From: Macrostomum hystrix
Taxonomy: Eukaryota; Animalia; Platyhelminthes
Reading direction: 5' to 3'
Assembly (NCBI GenBank): GCA_950097015.1
Contig: CATNEN010000001.1
Span: 22,816,001-22,880,000 of the forward strand
DNA length: 64,000 nt
This document shows, in pieces, positions 11,060 through 22,300 of this stretch. Under the pieces are notes generated by a model. That model made no database searches. It was not told where the DNA came from and saw only the letters and a program-made list of their open reading frames with translations. Positions within the stretch are counted from its first letter, which is position 1; each line of letters begins with the position of its first letter. The position numbers and the translations under genes were made by a program.

Positions 11060-13899
11060 CTACTCGATCAGGAAGCGGTGCCTCAGCAGCTCCTCGGTGT
11101 CCGCTCGCTGCTGAGGCTCCCAGACGACGCAGCGTCGGTAAAAGTCCCTCAGGGCCTCCGACATCTGGTCGGAAATCTGCGGCATGTCCTTGTTCTTGTG
11201 TCGCAGCATTGGGATCTGATGCCTCTGCAGATTCCCATTCGGAGGCTGCATCTCCGTCATCTCGAACACTGTGCAGCCGAACGCCCACACGTCAGACTTG
11301 ACCGAGTACTGGCAGGCCTCGTCACAGCCGAACTGCTCAGGGGCCATGAAGTGCCAGGTGCCGCTCGGGTTGTCGCTGAACCCGCAGGTGTTCTCGATCA
11401 CCTTTGCCAGGCCGAAGTCGATGAGCTTGATGACGCCCTCGTGAGTGAGCATGATGTTTGAGCACTTGATGTCTCTGTGCAGGACTGTTGGGCTCTGGTT
11501 GTGCAGGAAGTTGAGTCCTGAGCAGATCTGGAATGCGTCAAGCAGACTAGCTGGATGTCGCGTCATCCGATTTTGGTAACTCTGATATCAAATTCTTTCC
11601 CGATGTTCATGCATGCCTGCCTCACCTGTCTTGAAAAGTTCTTCACACCTGACTCCGGAAACGGCTTCTTCTGCCTCTCCATCAGCTCCGAGAGGCTGTG
11701 GCCCGACACCAGCTCAGTGAAGATGCAGAACCGACCGTCCTTGGCTCGCTCGCACTTCAGAAACTGCACAATGTTGCGATGCCGGATTTTTCTCAGGACC
11801 TCGATGCCCTGCCTCTCACGCTCGATGGCCTTCTCCAGCTCTGCCGGCTGCTTCGCGCCCGTCAGCTTGACGATCTTGACGGCCACAGTCTGGAAGCGGT
11901 CGGTGAGGGCCTTGTACACGGTGCCGAACCCGCCTGCACCGATTACCTGTTTCTTGCCGCCATCCAGGACAAAGTCCCACGTTGTGAAGCCGGGGTCCAG
12001 CACTGATCTGAAATTAAAGCAGCTGGTTGAGATCAAACAGACAGTGAACACGAGAATAGGCAGTAATGCTTCAACATACTTGGCTGAGGCTTCAGGAGAT
12101 GCAGCTGGTTCTTGTTGCTTCTTGACTGACGGCTGAGGCTGAGGCAACTGCTTTTGGCACGGCTGGCTCTCGATCCAGGCTCGTTTGCTGGACTTTCGGC
12201 CCGGATCCCAGTCCTTTTCCAAAAAGTCAGCCAGAGTCTGGCCTTGATTGTTCTTCAGTGAGAAGATTTGCGGTCCCAGTTCATCAGCCAAGAACTGCAA
12301 CGTGTCGACGCCCTGGAACACTGCAGCACGATGGATGGGCGTGTCACCGAAGTTGTCAGGAACTGTAAGGCAGTCACGTCCAAGCTCCTTGACAAACCAC
12401 TTCAACGATGCCTTTCCGTCTTTGTTAAACGCAGCAAAGTGGATCGCTGTTCGAGTACAGGAACCACCTTTCGGTAGGAAGCAGTCAGTTCCGAGCTCTC
12501 TTTTAATCATTTCCAGCGAGTCTACGCCCTGGTGCTTTGCGGCAAAATGGACGGGCGTGTCACCGTCTTCGTCAGGAACTGTAAGGCAGTCACGTCCAAG
12601 CTCCTTGACAAACCACTTCAACGATGCCTTTCCGTCTTTGTTAAACGCAGCATAGTGGATCGCTGTTCGATTATAGCAACCACCTTTCAGTAGAAAGCAC
12701 TCAGTTCCGAGCTCTCTCTTAATCATTTCCAGCGAGTCGACGCCCTGGTGCTGTGCGGCAAGATGTACGGGCGTGTCACCGTTTACATCAGGAACTGTAA
12801 GGCAGTCACGTCCAAGCTCCTTGACAAACCACTTCAACGATGCCTTTCCGTCTTTGTTCAACGCAGCATAGTGGATCGCTGTTCGATTATAGTAACCACC
12901 TTTCAGTAGAAAGCAGTCAGTTCCGAGCTCTCTCTTAATCATTTCCAGCGAGTCGACGCCCTGGCGCCATGCGGCAAAATGGACGGGCGTGTCACCGAAG
13001 TTGTCAGGAACTGTAAGGCAGTCTCGTCCAAGCTCCTTGACAAACCACTTCAACGATGCCTTGCCGTCTTTGTTACACGCAGCAGAGTGGATCGCTGTTC
13101 GAGTACAGGAACCACCTTTCGGTAGGAAGCAGTCAGTTCCGAGCTCTCTTTTAATCATTTCCAGCGAGTCTACGCCCTGGTGCTTTGCGGCAAGATGGAC
13201 GGGCGTGTCACCGATTACATCAGGAACTGTAAGGCAGTCTCGTCCAAGCTCCTTGACAAACCACTTCAACGATGCGTTGCTGTCTTTGTTACACGCAGCA
13301 TAGTGGATCGCTGTTCGATTCCAGCAACGACCTTTCAGTAGGAAGCAGTCAGTTCCGAGCTCTCTTTTAATCATTTCCAGCGAGTCGGCGCCCTGGTACT
13401 GTGCGGCATGATGGACGGGCGTTTCACTGTCTTTGTCAGGAACTGTAAGGCAGTGGCTTCCGCGCTGCTTGATGAGCCACTTCAGCGATGAGTTTGTTTT
13501 TCTGTTTCTGGCTGCATAGTGAGCGACGGTTCTACCTGAATCTGCTGTCTCATCAAGGCAGTCCTGTTCCAGAAAGCTGCAGATCAGCTCCAGCCACGTC
13601 TCGTCCTGGTGCATCGCGGCGCAGTGCACTGTTGTCTCGCGCTGTTCATTTCTACTGCTCAGGCAGTCGGCCCCGACCCTTTCGATGAGCATCTGCAGGC
13701 TCTGCCGACTTCGCATCTTGCAGGTCACGTGATGCGCGACTGACTGAGTTCGCTCGTTGTTACAGAACGGTTTATTCCAATTGAATTCTCTGTCGTAGCC
13801 GCCGACCGTCAGCTCGAAGTTGGAGTCGAGCTGCTTGACGAGTCGCTGCAGCTTTTTGTCGTCTGCGGCCTCCAGCGCATCTCGCAGCTGCTGCTCCAT
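11060..13899 (-). CDS. Ankyrin-repeat + MAP3K/STE11-like Ser/Thr kinase; exons 13899-12080, 12007-11626, 11527-11060
   Basis: About 14 ankyrin repeats, then [38 protein letters not shown] introns of 72 nt (in-frame, inferred) and 98 nt (joins the two ORFs: RQ|ICSGL). Confidence 0.9.
12330..13500 (-). repeat. Coding tandem repeat, 216-bp unit (72 aa = two ankyrin repeats), ~5.5 near-identical copies
   Basis: TCAGGAACTGTAAGGCAGT recurs at 216-bp spacing (e.g. 12356, 12572, 12788). Confidence 0.95.
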
Positions 13900-14663
13900 G
13901 GAGCTATGAGTTGGTTGCTAGGTGAGCCTTTTTTAAGAAAAATACTTTTTCCGGTCTTTAAGGAAATTTTTTTAGATCTCACAGGGTTGTGTTTTCATCT
14001 CAACTTTTATTTCTGTCTTTGCTCGCAGGCGAGCTTATAGAAAAGTGCCACTTCAAGCTCGAAAAGCGGACTGAGGGCTTAAAATGGTTTTTTGTGGAGA
14101 GTGTAGGAGCGTGCAACATTGTGCTAATATTGTATTGTATTGCATAGTCCAGTGAGCAGAACAATTTACTAAATATATAAATGGGCTGGATTGGCAGAGA
14201 GTACATGATATAGATTAGGATGAGGGTAAATAAAAGAGTGAATTAACCTGAGATTGAGCAGTCTGTTTTTTCCAAGTAGAAAGTCTCAATTTGTGATTTT
14301 AACGATGCATTTTTCTAACTTAAACTTTTGTGCAACACAGTTTGACTCACAAGCTTGACTAAGGGTGTAGATAATGGCTATCGGCTTGTTTCAGAATTTG
14401 ATGGCAGTCTTGGCCATAGACAATTGTACCTTGCACCACACTCGGTAGCTTTGGCTAAGACTAGAAGCCCAGGTACAGGAAATCACAAAAAATAAGGCGA
14501 GAAGGCTGGCACTCACCTCACGGCTAGCCTACTGAGAAGCGAAAGAATTCACAAAAGTTGTGGCACGAAACACAAGAGTTCCCACACGAGATCGGAGGCC
14601 TACCAGAGCCACACAGATTCACAGATTACTTAGCAGTAGCCGAGTCAGCTCAAATTCAAGAAA

Positions 14664-16910
14664 ATGCGAGAGATTGTTCACATGCAGGCCGGCCAGTGCG
14701 GCAATCAAATTGGTGCCAAGGTAATTTCTTTCTGATATACTTTCTTCTGAAAAAGCCCCAAAGATTTTGTACTTTAGCATTATAACGATTCTGATTTTCT
14801 GACAGTTCTGGGAGGTGATCTCAGACGAACATGGCATCGACCCCACCGGAACGTACCACGGAGACTCTGATCTGCAACTGGAACGCATCTCAGTTTATTT
14901 CAACGAGGCCGCCGGCGGAAAGTATGTCCCCAGAGCCGTCCTGGTCGACCTGGAACCGGGAACCATGGAGAGTGTCAGGGCCAGCGCCTTCGGCATGCTG
15001 TTCCAGCCAGATAACCTGGTGTTTGGCAAGAGCGGAGCTGGTAACAACTGGGCCAAGGGCTACTATACCGAGGGCGCCGAGATTATCGAGAGGGTCATGG
15101 ACGCCGTTCGGAAAGAGTGCGAAGGCTGCGACTGTCTTCAGGGCTTCCAGCTTACACACTCGCTTGGGGGCGGCACCGGCTCTGGGCTAGGCTCGCTGCT
15201 GCTGAGCAAGATTCGCGAGGAGTACCCGGACCGAATCGTAACGTCCTTCTCAGTCGTGCCATCGCCCAAGGTATGAGCAACTTATTATTAACTGATTTGG
15301 ACTAATAATCGAGGTAACCAGAATTCAGGATGAAATTAAGTTTTAGGAAACGTGACACCATTCGTTTAATTATTTTGCTAGAATTTCGAAATTGGCACGC
15401 CGAAAAAGTACTTTCAGATATTTCTAAAAAACCAAAATACTACTGAGTTCATTTTTACTCTCCTAAAAAAGCGATTGTCTATGATCCCATCTAGGAATTC
15501 TTGATTTCAAGCAGAAATTTCTATACAAAACTATTGTAGTTAGCCTACGCGTGTTGAAACGAGGTTGTAACTATCGGCAGCCCGCCCTCTGCTGTTGTCT
15601 ATGGTCAAATTCCATAGATATGCACAGCGGGCGGGACGTGAAACGCGTTTCACGCCCGCTAACTACAATATACCAATATTGATAGGCTGCTCGGGCTGAA
15701 ACGAGGTGAAATGCCTCGGCGCTACGCGCCTCAACGTTTTACTTCGTTTCAGCCCTCTGCAGCCTATTAACATTGGTATATTGCACTAATTGCAATAGCT
15801 TTGCTCGAGCTTTAATTCCGAGACCAGACCATATGATGTAATGGTGTAATGTACCACAGACTACCGATTCCTCGCTCTGAAGGCGCCAATTAAAAGTCTC
15901 TAAAATAAGCAATCGGATTTTATTTCCCGCTCGCCCGGGGCGATAAACGGAACTTTTTATCATCGACAGCTCACAAGCACAAGCATGACACATACACAGA
16001 GCAGGCAAATGGGGGATACATCCGATTTATTAATTTATGTATTTAGCTATTCTACTCAATGACAAAGGCTTATATGCTTTAAAAATCCAACACTCAGGTT
16101 TCCGACACTGTCGTTGAGCCCTACAACTGCATGCTGTCACTGCACCAATTGGTTGAAAACACCGATGAGACCTTCTGCATTGACAACGAGGCTCTGTACT
16201 ATATCTGCTTTCACACACTGAAGCTCAGCTCGCCCAGCTATGCAGACCTGAACCATCTAGTCAGCGCTGCCATGTCCGGCACCACCACTTGCCTGCGATT
16301 TCCTGGCCAGCTGAACGCCGACCTACGCAAGCTGGCAGTGAACATGGTGCCCTTCCCTCGCCTGCACTTCTTCATGCCCGGCTTCGCGCCCCTGACATCC
16401 CGTGGCAGCTCCAGCTACAAGCAGGTGAATGTGGCCGAGCTCACTTTGCAGATGTTCGACGCCAAAAACATGATGGCCGCCTGCGACCCCAAGCACGGCC
16501 GCTACCTCACCGTCGCCGCCATCTTCCGCGGCCGCATGTCAACTAAGGAGGTCGACGAGCAGATGCTCAACCTGCAGAACAAGAACAGCTCCTACTTTGT
16601 GGAGTGGATTCCTAACAACGTGAAGACAGCCGTGTGCGACATTCCCCCGCGTGGCATGAAGATGTCCGTCACTTTCATCGGTAACTCCACGTCCATCCAG
16701 GAGCTGTTCAAGCGAGTTTCCGAACAATTCAGCGCTATGTTCAAGCGGAAGGCCTTCTTGCACTGGTTCACAAACGAGGGCATGGACGATCACGAGTTTA
16801 TGGAGGCTGAGTCCAACGTCAACGACTTGGTGTCGGAGCTGCAGCAGTACCAGGATGCCACAGCCGATGATGAGGGAGAGTACGAAGAGGAGGAAGAGGA
16901 GCTGGAGTAA
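14664..16910 (+). CDS. TUBB: Beta-tubulin, divergent isotype (444 aa); exons 14664-14720, 14806-15270, 16098-16910
   Basis: [24 protein letters not shown] and [11 protein letters not shown] motifs, acidic tail, GT-AG phase-0 junctions. Confidence 0.97.
15534..15785. mobile_element. Double-hairpin palindromic non-autonomous element (MITE/Crypton-like) in tubulin intron 2
   Basis: Inverted pairs TGTAGTTAGC/GCTAACTACA and ATATACCAAT...ATTGGTATAT. Second copy at 56200-56400. Confidence 0.7.
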
Positions 16911-18022
16911 CTTTGCTCCCTAAAACGCGACTCTCAGTTTTATTTCTTACTTAAACGCTGAAAGTCTCAAGTATGTGACCCCCTCCAAACAGGCAGGCGC
17001 AAATGCAGAGCTCCCCCAGCGCGCAACTCATGGCATTCCGAGACCGTGTACAGTTTTTTGCTTCTAGTAAGGCTGAGTACCCATCTCTCTCGAGTACGCA
17101 TCAGTACTGGAGCTTGACTGCAGACTGATGAGAATATTTATTATTTCTTGTAACTTATATGTTTCAAATCTTACACTGAAGGGTGGTGCATTCAATTAAA
17201 TCTGCATTTGCTAGCATTTCATTTTTCACTACAAGCACTAAAACGCTCCCAGCAGAACGTAGATGATGGTCCGATCTCGCTTTCGGCCAACTATATTGTG
17301 CTCTGTCGAGTCGAGAGCTAACCAGTTTTCTATCTTTTTTGTGCACTAGCAACAGTAAACTTTTTCTAATGCGCTTTATTCCACTGGCACTGGCAGCGAC
17401 CCATGCAGAGGGTGGCGAACCAGCTTGTTTTTCATTTTACCACGAAAAATACAACACCAAACTGCGAATTTGTTTGAATAAGACGAAGCGAGCTTGCACA
17501 GCCATGCGAGACTGCGCGGATAGATAAGGCCCGAAACAGCTGACTGTTGTCTATTGTCTCGCCATTTTATGTTTAAAACATTTAGAAATAATATATATAA
17601 TTCTCCGCAAGCGCTACTGTGTGCCGTGGTCCGTAATGGTTATTTTTGCATTACAATATATATCCTATTGTCTGAAATACTGCACAATAGCTCCGAGGGC
17701 TTCTATAAAAATAAGCCACATTTATGCACCGACTTTCTAATTCAGCTTTGCTGTTAGCAGTTAAACAATTCTTAACAAATGCAGATTTGTCTGGAAGCTT
17801 TCAAGCAAGCTCAAGCTCTGCCAGTCTAGAGAATACATAAAGAAGAAATAATGCTAGTGTACAATTCCGTTTTAAGGAAAACAGGGCAGGTACAAAGTTA
17901 TGGGTCTAATAGTTCATGCTCACATATTAGTTCTTGTAAGTAGTATGGTATCGTTATTTCTGTTAGGTCATTTGTTAGGCTTTCCATCGTCAGGCATTGT
18001 ACACTCTAACTGTGCTTCGGGG

Positions 18023-18462
18023 CAAGGACCACTAGAAGAAGAATGAAGGGACACTTCGTTTCTTGGAAAATTTATTAAAGGCAGATTTTCACGGAAACTG
18101 CTTTAGCGAGATAGGAAATTTTCACGTTTTTTCACATTAAAATGTTGATAACTTCTTATTGGAAGCAAATCTTATGCTGTTATTTTAATATATCTTGCAA
18201 AACATGTTGCTTCTACGAATTTTAGAAAGTTTTATTCATAAATAATTTATGTTAATTATATTTTCGTTCATTTATCATGCATCACAATAGCAACCAATCA
18301 GACATAAATTTGAGTTTAGTCACGCGATAACGATCGAATGGCTATAGTACTTCATGATAAATAAACTGAATATAAAATGAAGATCAAATATTAATTTTAG
18401 ATTCATATATTAATTTTCGTTCTAGTGGTCCTTCCTTTAACTTCTTCTTCTAGTGGTCCTTG
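18023..18462. mobile_element. MITE, 440 bp, with 21-bp TIRs and 8-bp TSD (P- or hAT-superfamily-like)
   Basis: TIRs CAAGGACCACTAGAAGAAGAA / TTCTTCTTCTAGTGGTCCTTG. TSD CTTCGGGG at 18015-18022 and 18463-18470. Confidence 0.9.
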
Positions 18463-19361
18463 CTTCGGGGCTTAGCCCTCATGGGTCATGGACTACCTTG
18501 CAATGATTACTAAGAACATTGCAGTCTAGTCTATATAATATATTCTAGTAATTCTAGGGACATTGGTGTACATTTATGTCGCTACGCCAGTGCAAGCGAA
18601 AAATTTGGGAATCATGTGTGGTTGTAAGTGCCCTGTCTACACGACAGACTTATTTTTTAACTCAAACCGAAGCTTATGAAATGAGTCATTTTACCTAAAA
18701 ATTTGGCCAAACTTCATGGGTGGCCCCCTCAACTCTGCCACAATGTCTCCGCTATTGTTAAGCCAAAAGCATTCGTTAAACCAACCGTGCTTCACGCTGC
18801 GATGAGTTAGCCCAGCAAATTGGAGCTAAAATGGAGACAAACCGACTGAGACCCACAGGAACAACAGAAGACAAACCTGATGTACCCGCCATGACCATGC
18901 ATAAATTCGTGCTCTTATTTTCTCCTTTTCTTGTCAATTGGCCTCTGTATTATAGTTGGAAACATTCCTTACTCGCATTTGTTTGGCAGTTAAAACACAA
19001 ACTGCGGGAGGGCTCTAGAGGGCTTCGCTGCAAAATGGACAATCAAGTAAGAGGTGGCTCTCGCGGAATGAGTTGTCTACTGTTCAGTCACAAGTAGTTG
19101 CAGACTTCAATCGTGTAGAATGTGAGCACTCGATTCTCTTGCTCAAACGACAAATGACGGAGAGAGTGGGGGTCGAAACCTGAACTTTGGCGCGCTTTCT
19201 CACGGTCCCGAAAGTGGCAAAGAGAGCGTCATCTGATAGTTTAATTAAGACCCTGGTTGAAATGGGCAACTGACAACATTGAAAGCCTAATAGAGGATTA
19301 AATAGCTGAGCCAACATCTAGCAGAAGTCGTGACCCGAGCTGAAGGCAGACTAAAGCGGAG

Positions 19362-22300
19362 ATGTCTCTTAGCGGCTCGGAGCGATCAGTTCACAGCGAC
19401 CAGCCGCGCCAGTCGCGCACCCGGCGTCGCAAGCTGTTCCGCCGACGCGACAAGCGATCTCGCAGCTCGGAGCGCTACGAATTCAGTGACCTAGAGGATG
19501 AATTGTTCGTACGCGGCCCACGCAAGCTCCGGCGTGAGGATGTCGAAGGAGAGCTGAGCTACGACTACACGAATCCAGGCAGCCTGAAAGTGTTCACAGC
19601 CGGCCTGAATCGCTGTGCCGGCTTGCCCGAGTTTCGCACCGTCCTCGTCTCAGCGGCTTCCACCGCCGCCGATGTCATCAGCGACGTGCTGCAGCGCTGC
19701 GACATTCTCTATGGAGATTCGGACGAGTTCTTCCTGTGCGAAGTAATTGGGCAGCTGGAGCCATAACAGCCGCATCAGCTGCTCAATCATCACCACCACG
19801 GACAGCCCGAACCAATGCAGTTCGTGGAGCAGTGCCGCCGTATCATTGGACCCGAGGAGCACGTTCTAGTTATTCAGGCGCTGTGGAAGCCGCTGTATGG
19901 CTGCTACCGACGATTCGAGCTAAAACAGGTCACACTAGACGAAGCGAAGAACACCAGACGACGTCAGGATCGACGAAGGCGCCGGCGCGTCCAGCTCTGG
20001 CGGTCCGGCGAGCTCTCTGGCCACGGAAATCTTGACGGACGAGGCGACAGCGACAGCGATGATGATCGAAGGCTGCACGAAGGAACGCCGCCGAAAAGGC
20101 TGTGCTGCCAGGCGGCAACGCAGGTTGAGCCGGGAGATCCGCCCACACAGGCAAGGGGTCGCACCCGCGGATTCGGTACCCAGACCGAGACGGTCTATTT
20201 TCCCAGCGTCGACCGACGGTCGAGCAAGAAGTACCCCGTCCCGCTCGGTCCGTACCTTCTCCTGCTTAAGGGTTTCGACTGTCGAAATGACCTGCTGGTT
20301 AACGACCTCTACGATGCCAATCTGATGGGCAGCGACGATCGCAAGTGCGACATTCATTTGCGCTGCGCCGATGTTCAACCGCAGCACTGCATCATTGAGG
20401 CTTGTCACAGCGAGATATACGACAATGAAGCTGGCAAGAGCGTGAAGCCTTACTGCATGTCTCTGGCTCCCGTTGGTGGGGCAGAAGTCCTTCTGAATGG
20501 TCAGCTGATCGATCGGAAGCACGTCCTATCGCCTGGTGACGTCATCTCGATCGGAGCCGGGGAGATGTGTTCATACGTGTTCATGTTCAAAGACACCTCG
20601 CAGGTGCCCGACAGGTCGATCGGGCTGGCCTGGCTGATGTTCCTAGAGTCCGCTCAGCGTTCCATCGATATTCAACAGCTGCTCGATGGAAGCTGCGTCG
20701 GCGATGGAAGTATTCGACAGGAAAAGTCAGAAGCGTCGAGAGCGGCTGCGAGTTCGTTTGTGAGCACCAGCGTGCCTTCGGACTCCGTGCTGGACACACC
20801 GTGCAACGAGACAGCGTCGATTTGCGGCGCTGACTCGCGAGACGCCGACGCTCATCAGCTGGCGCAGGCCAGCCTCGGCAGCCTGCTGGCTCTGTACTTC
20901 GGCGAGTCCGTTGATTTGAATTTCGCCGCTGGCCTTCTCGTCCTGCTGACGGTGTACGTGGCCGACCTGGAGCTTGAACGGGCCGGGGCTGAGATTCAGT
21001 GGCACATTAGCGACTCGGCCGTCACGCTGGCCAAGAAGGCCAGTCAAATGCAGGACCGGCGCGACAAGGCGCAGTGCTACTCAGATTTAATCCGGGCCTG
21101 CGCCCTGGCCTTCGAGATTTTCCTGTTCTTTCACGAGGTCTGCGGCGACGGGCTCACAGCTGCGGTTGTGCGCTGCCAGCCGTGGCGCGACTTCTGCGAG
21201 ACCACCATGCAGCAGATGCTGGACAGCATCTTCAGCCAGCTAGGCGAGGTGCGAATACCCACCAGCATAGATTAAGCGAATCTATGAAGTCATAATAATA
21301 TAATAATAATTGCAGGAGGGCTGCGGGCAATGGCACATCATTTGGTGACACTAGACCCGCAGCCAGCGTAGAGGCAATGCAGCCCATTCCGCTGACTCGA
21401 TTAAATCGATTAACACGGATACCGTACAACAGTAAAAAATTATTCACACAAGTGTGTACATCAGCCCTGACTTTCTCATCGTCAGGCAGTGTACAATCTT
21501 ACTGTGTCTTGGAGGTTGGCCCTGAAGTGCGTAAATTGCACGACAAGCGTCCAAGTCTTCTCTCCGTGGTACCTTGAGATCGTATCGTATCGATCGATCT
21601 CAGGGACATTGGTACGAGAGGCAAACCCCTCTGTCGCTTACCGGCAATCAATCAAGTCCTTTCCTTAATACGAGCGTATAATTTCTTTTCGTAAATTGGG
21701 AAATCTCAAAACCTAACATTGATTTATCGTTTTTTAGATTTCTTGAATCCATTTTTTGCAGTTTTTTAGAAATCTTAGTTAAAAATTGTATGAGTAGCTT
21801 ATATAATTCCTACTTTCGACGAATCCAGGTTTCCTAGAATCCAGGTTTCTTAGAATCCAGGTTTCGTAGAATCCAGGTTTCTTAGAATCCAGGTTTCTTA
21901 GAATCCAGGTTTCTTAGAATCCAGGTTTCATAGAATCCAGGTTTCGTAGAACTCAGGTTTCGTAGAATTCAGGTTTCAAAGAATCCAGGTTTCTTAGAAT
22001 CCAGGTTTCGTAGAATTTAGTTTTCGTAGAATTCAGGTTTCAAAGAATCCAGGTTTCTTAGAATCCAGGTTTCGTAGAATCCAGGTTTCATTGAATCCAG
22101 GTTTCATAGAATCCAGGTTTCGTAAAATCCAGGTTTCGTAGAATTCAGGTTTCATAGAATCCAGGTTTCGGAGAATTCAGGTTTCGTAGATTTCAGGTTT
22201 CATAGAATCCAGGTTTCTTAGAATCCAGGTTTCGTAGAATCCAGGTTTCATTGAATCCAGGTTTCATAGAATCCAGGTTTCGTAAAATCCAGGTTTCGTA

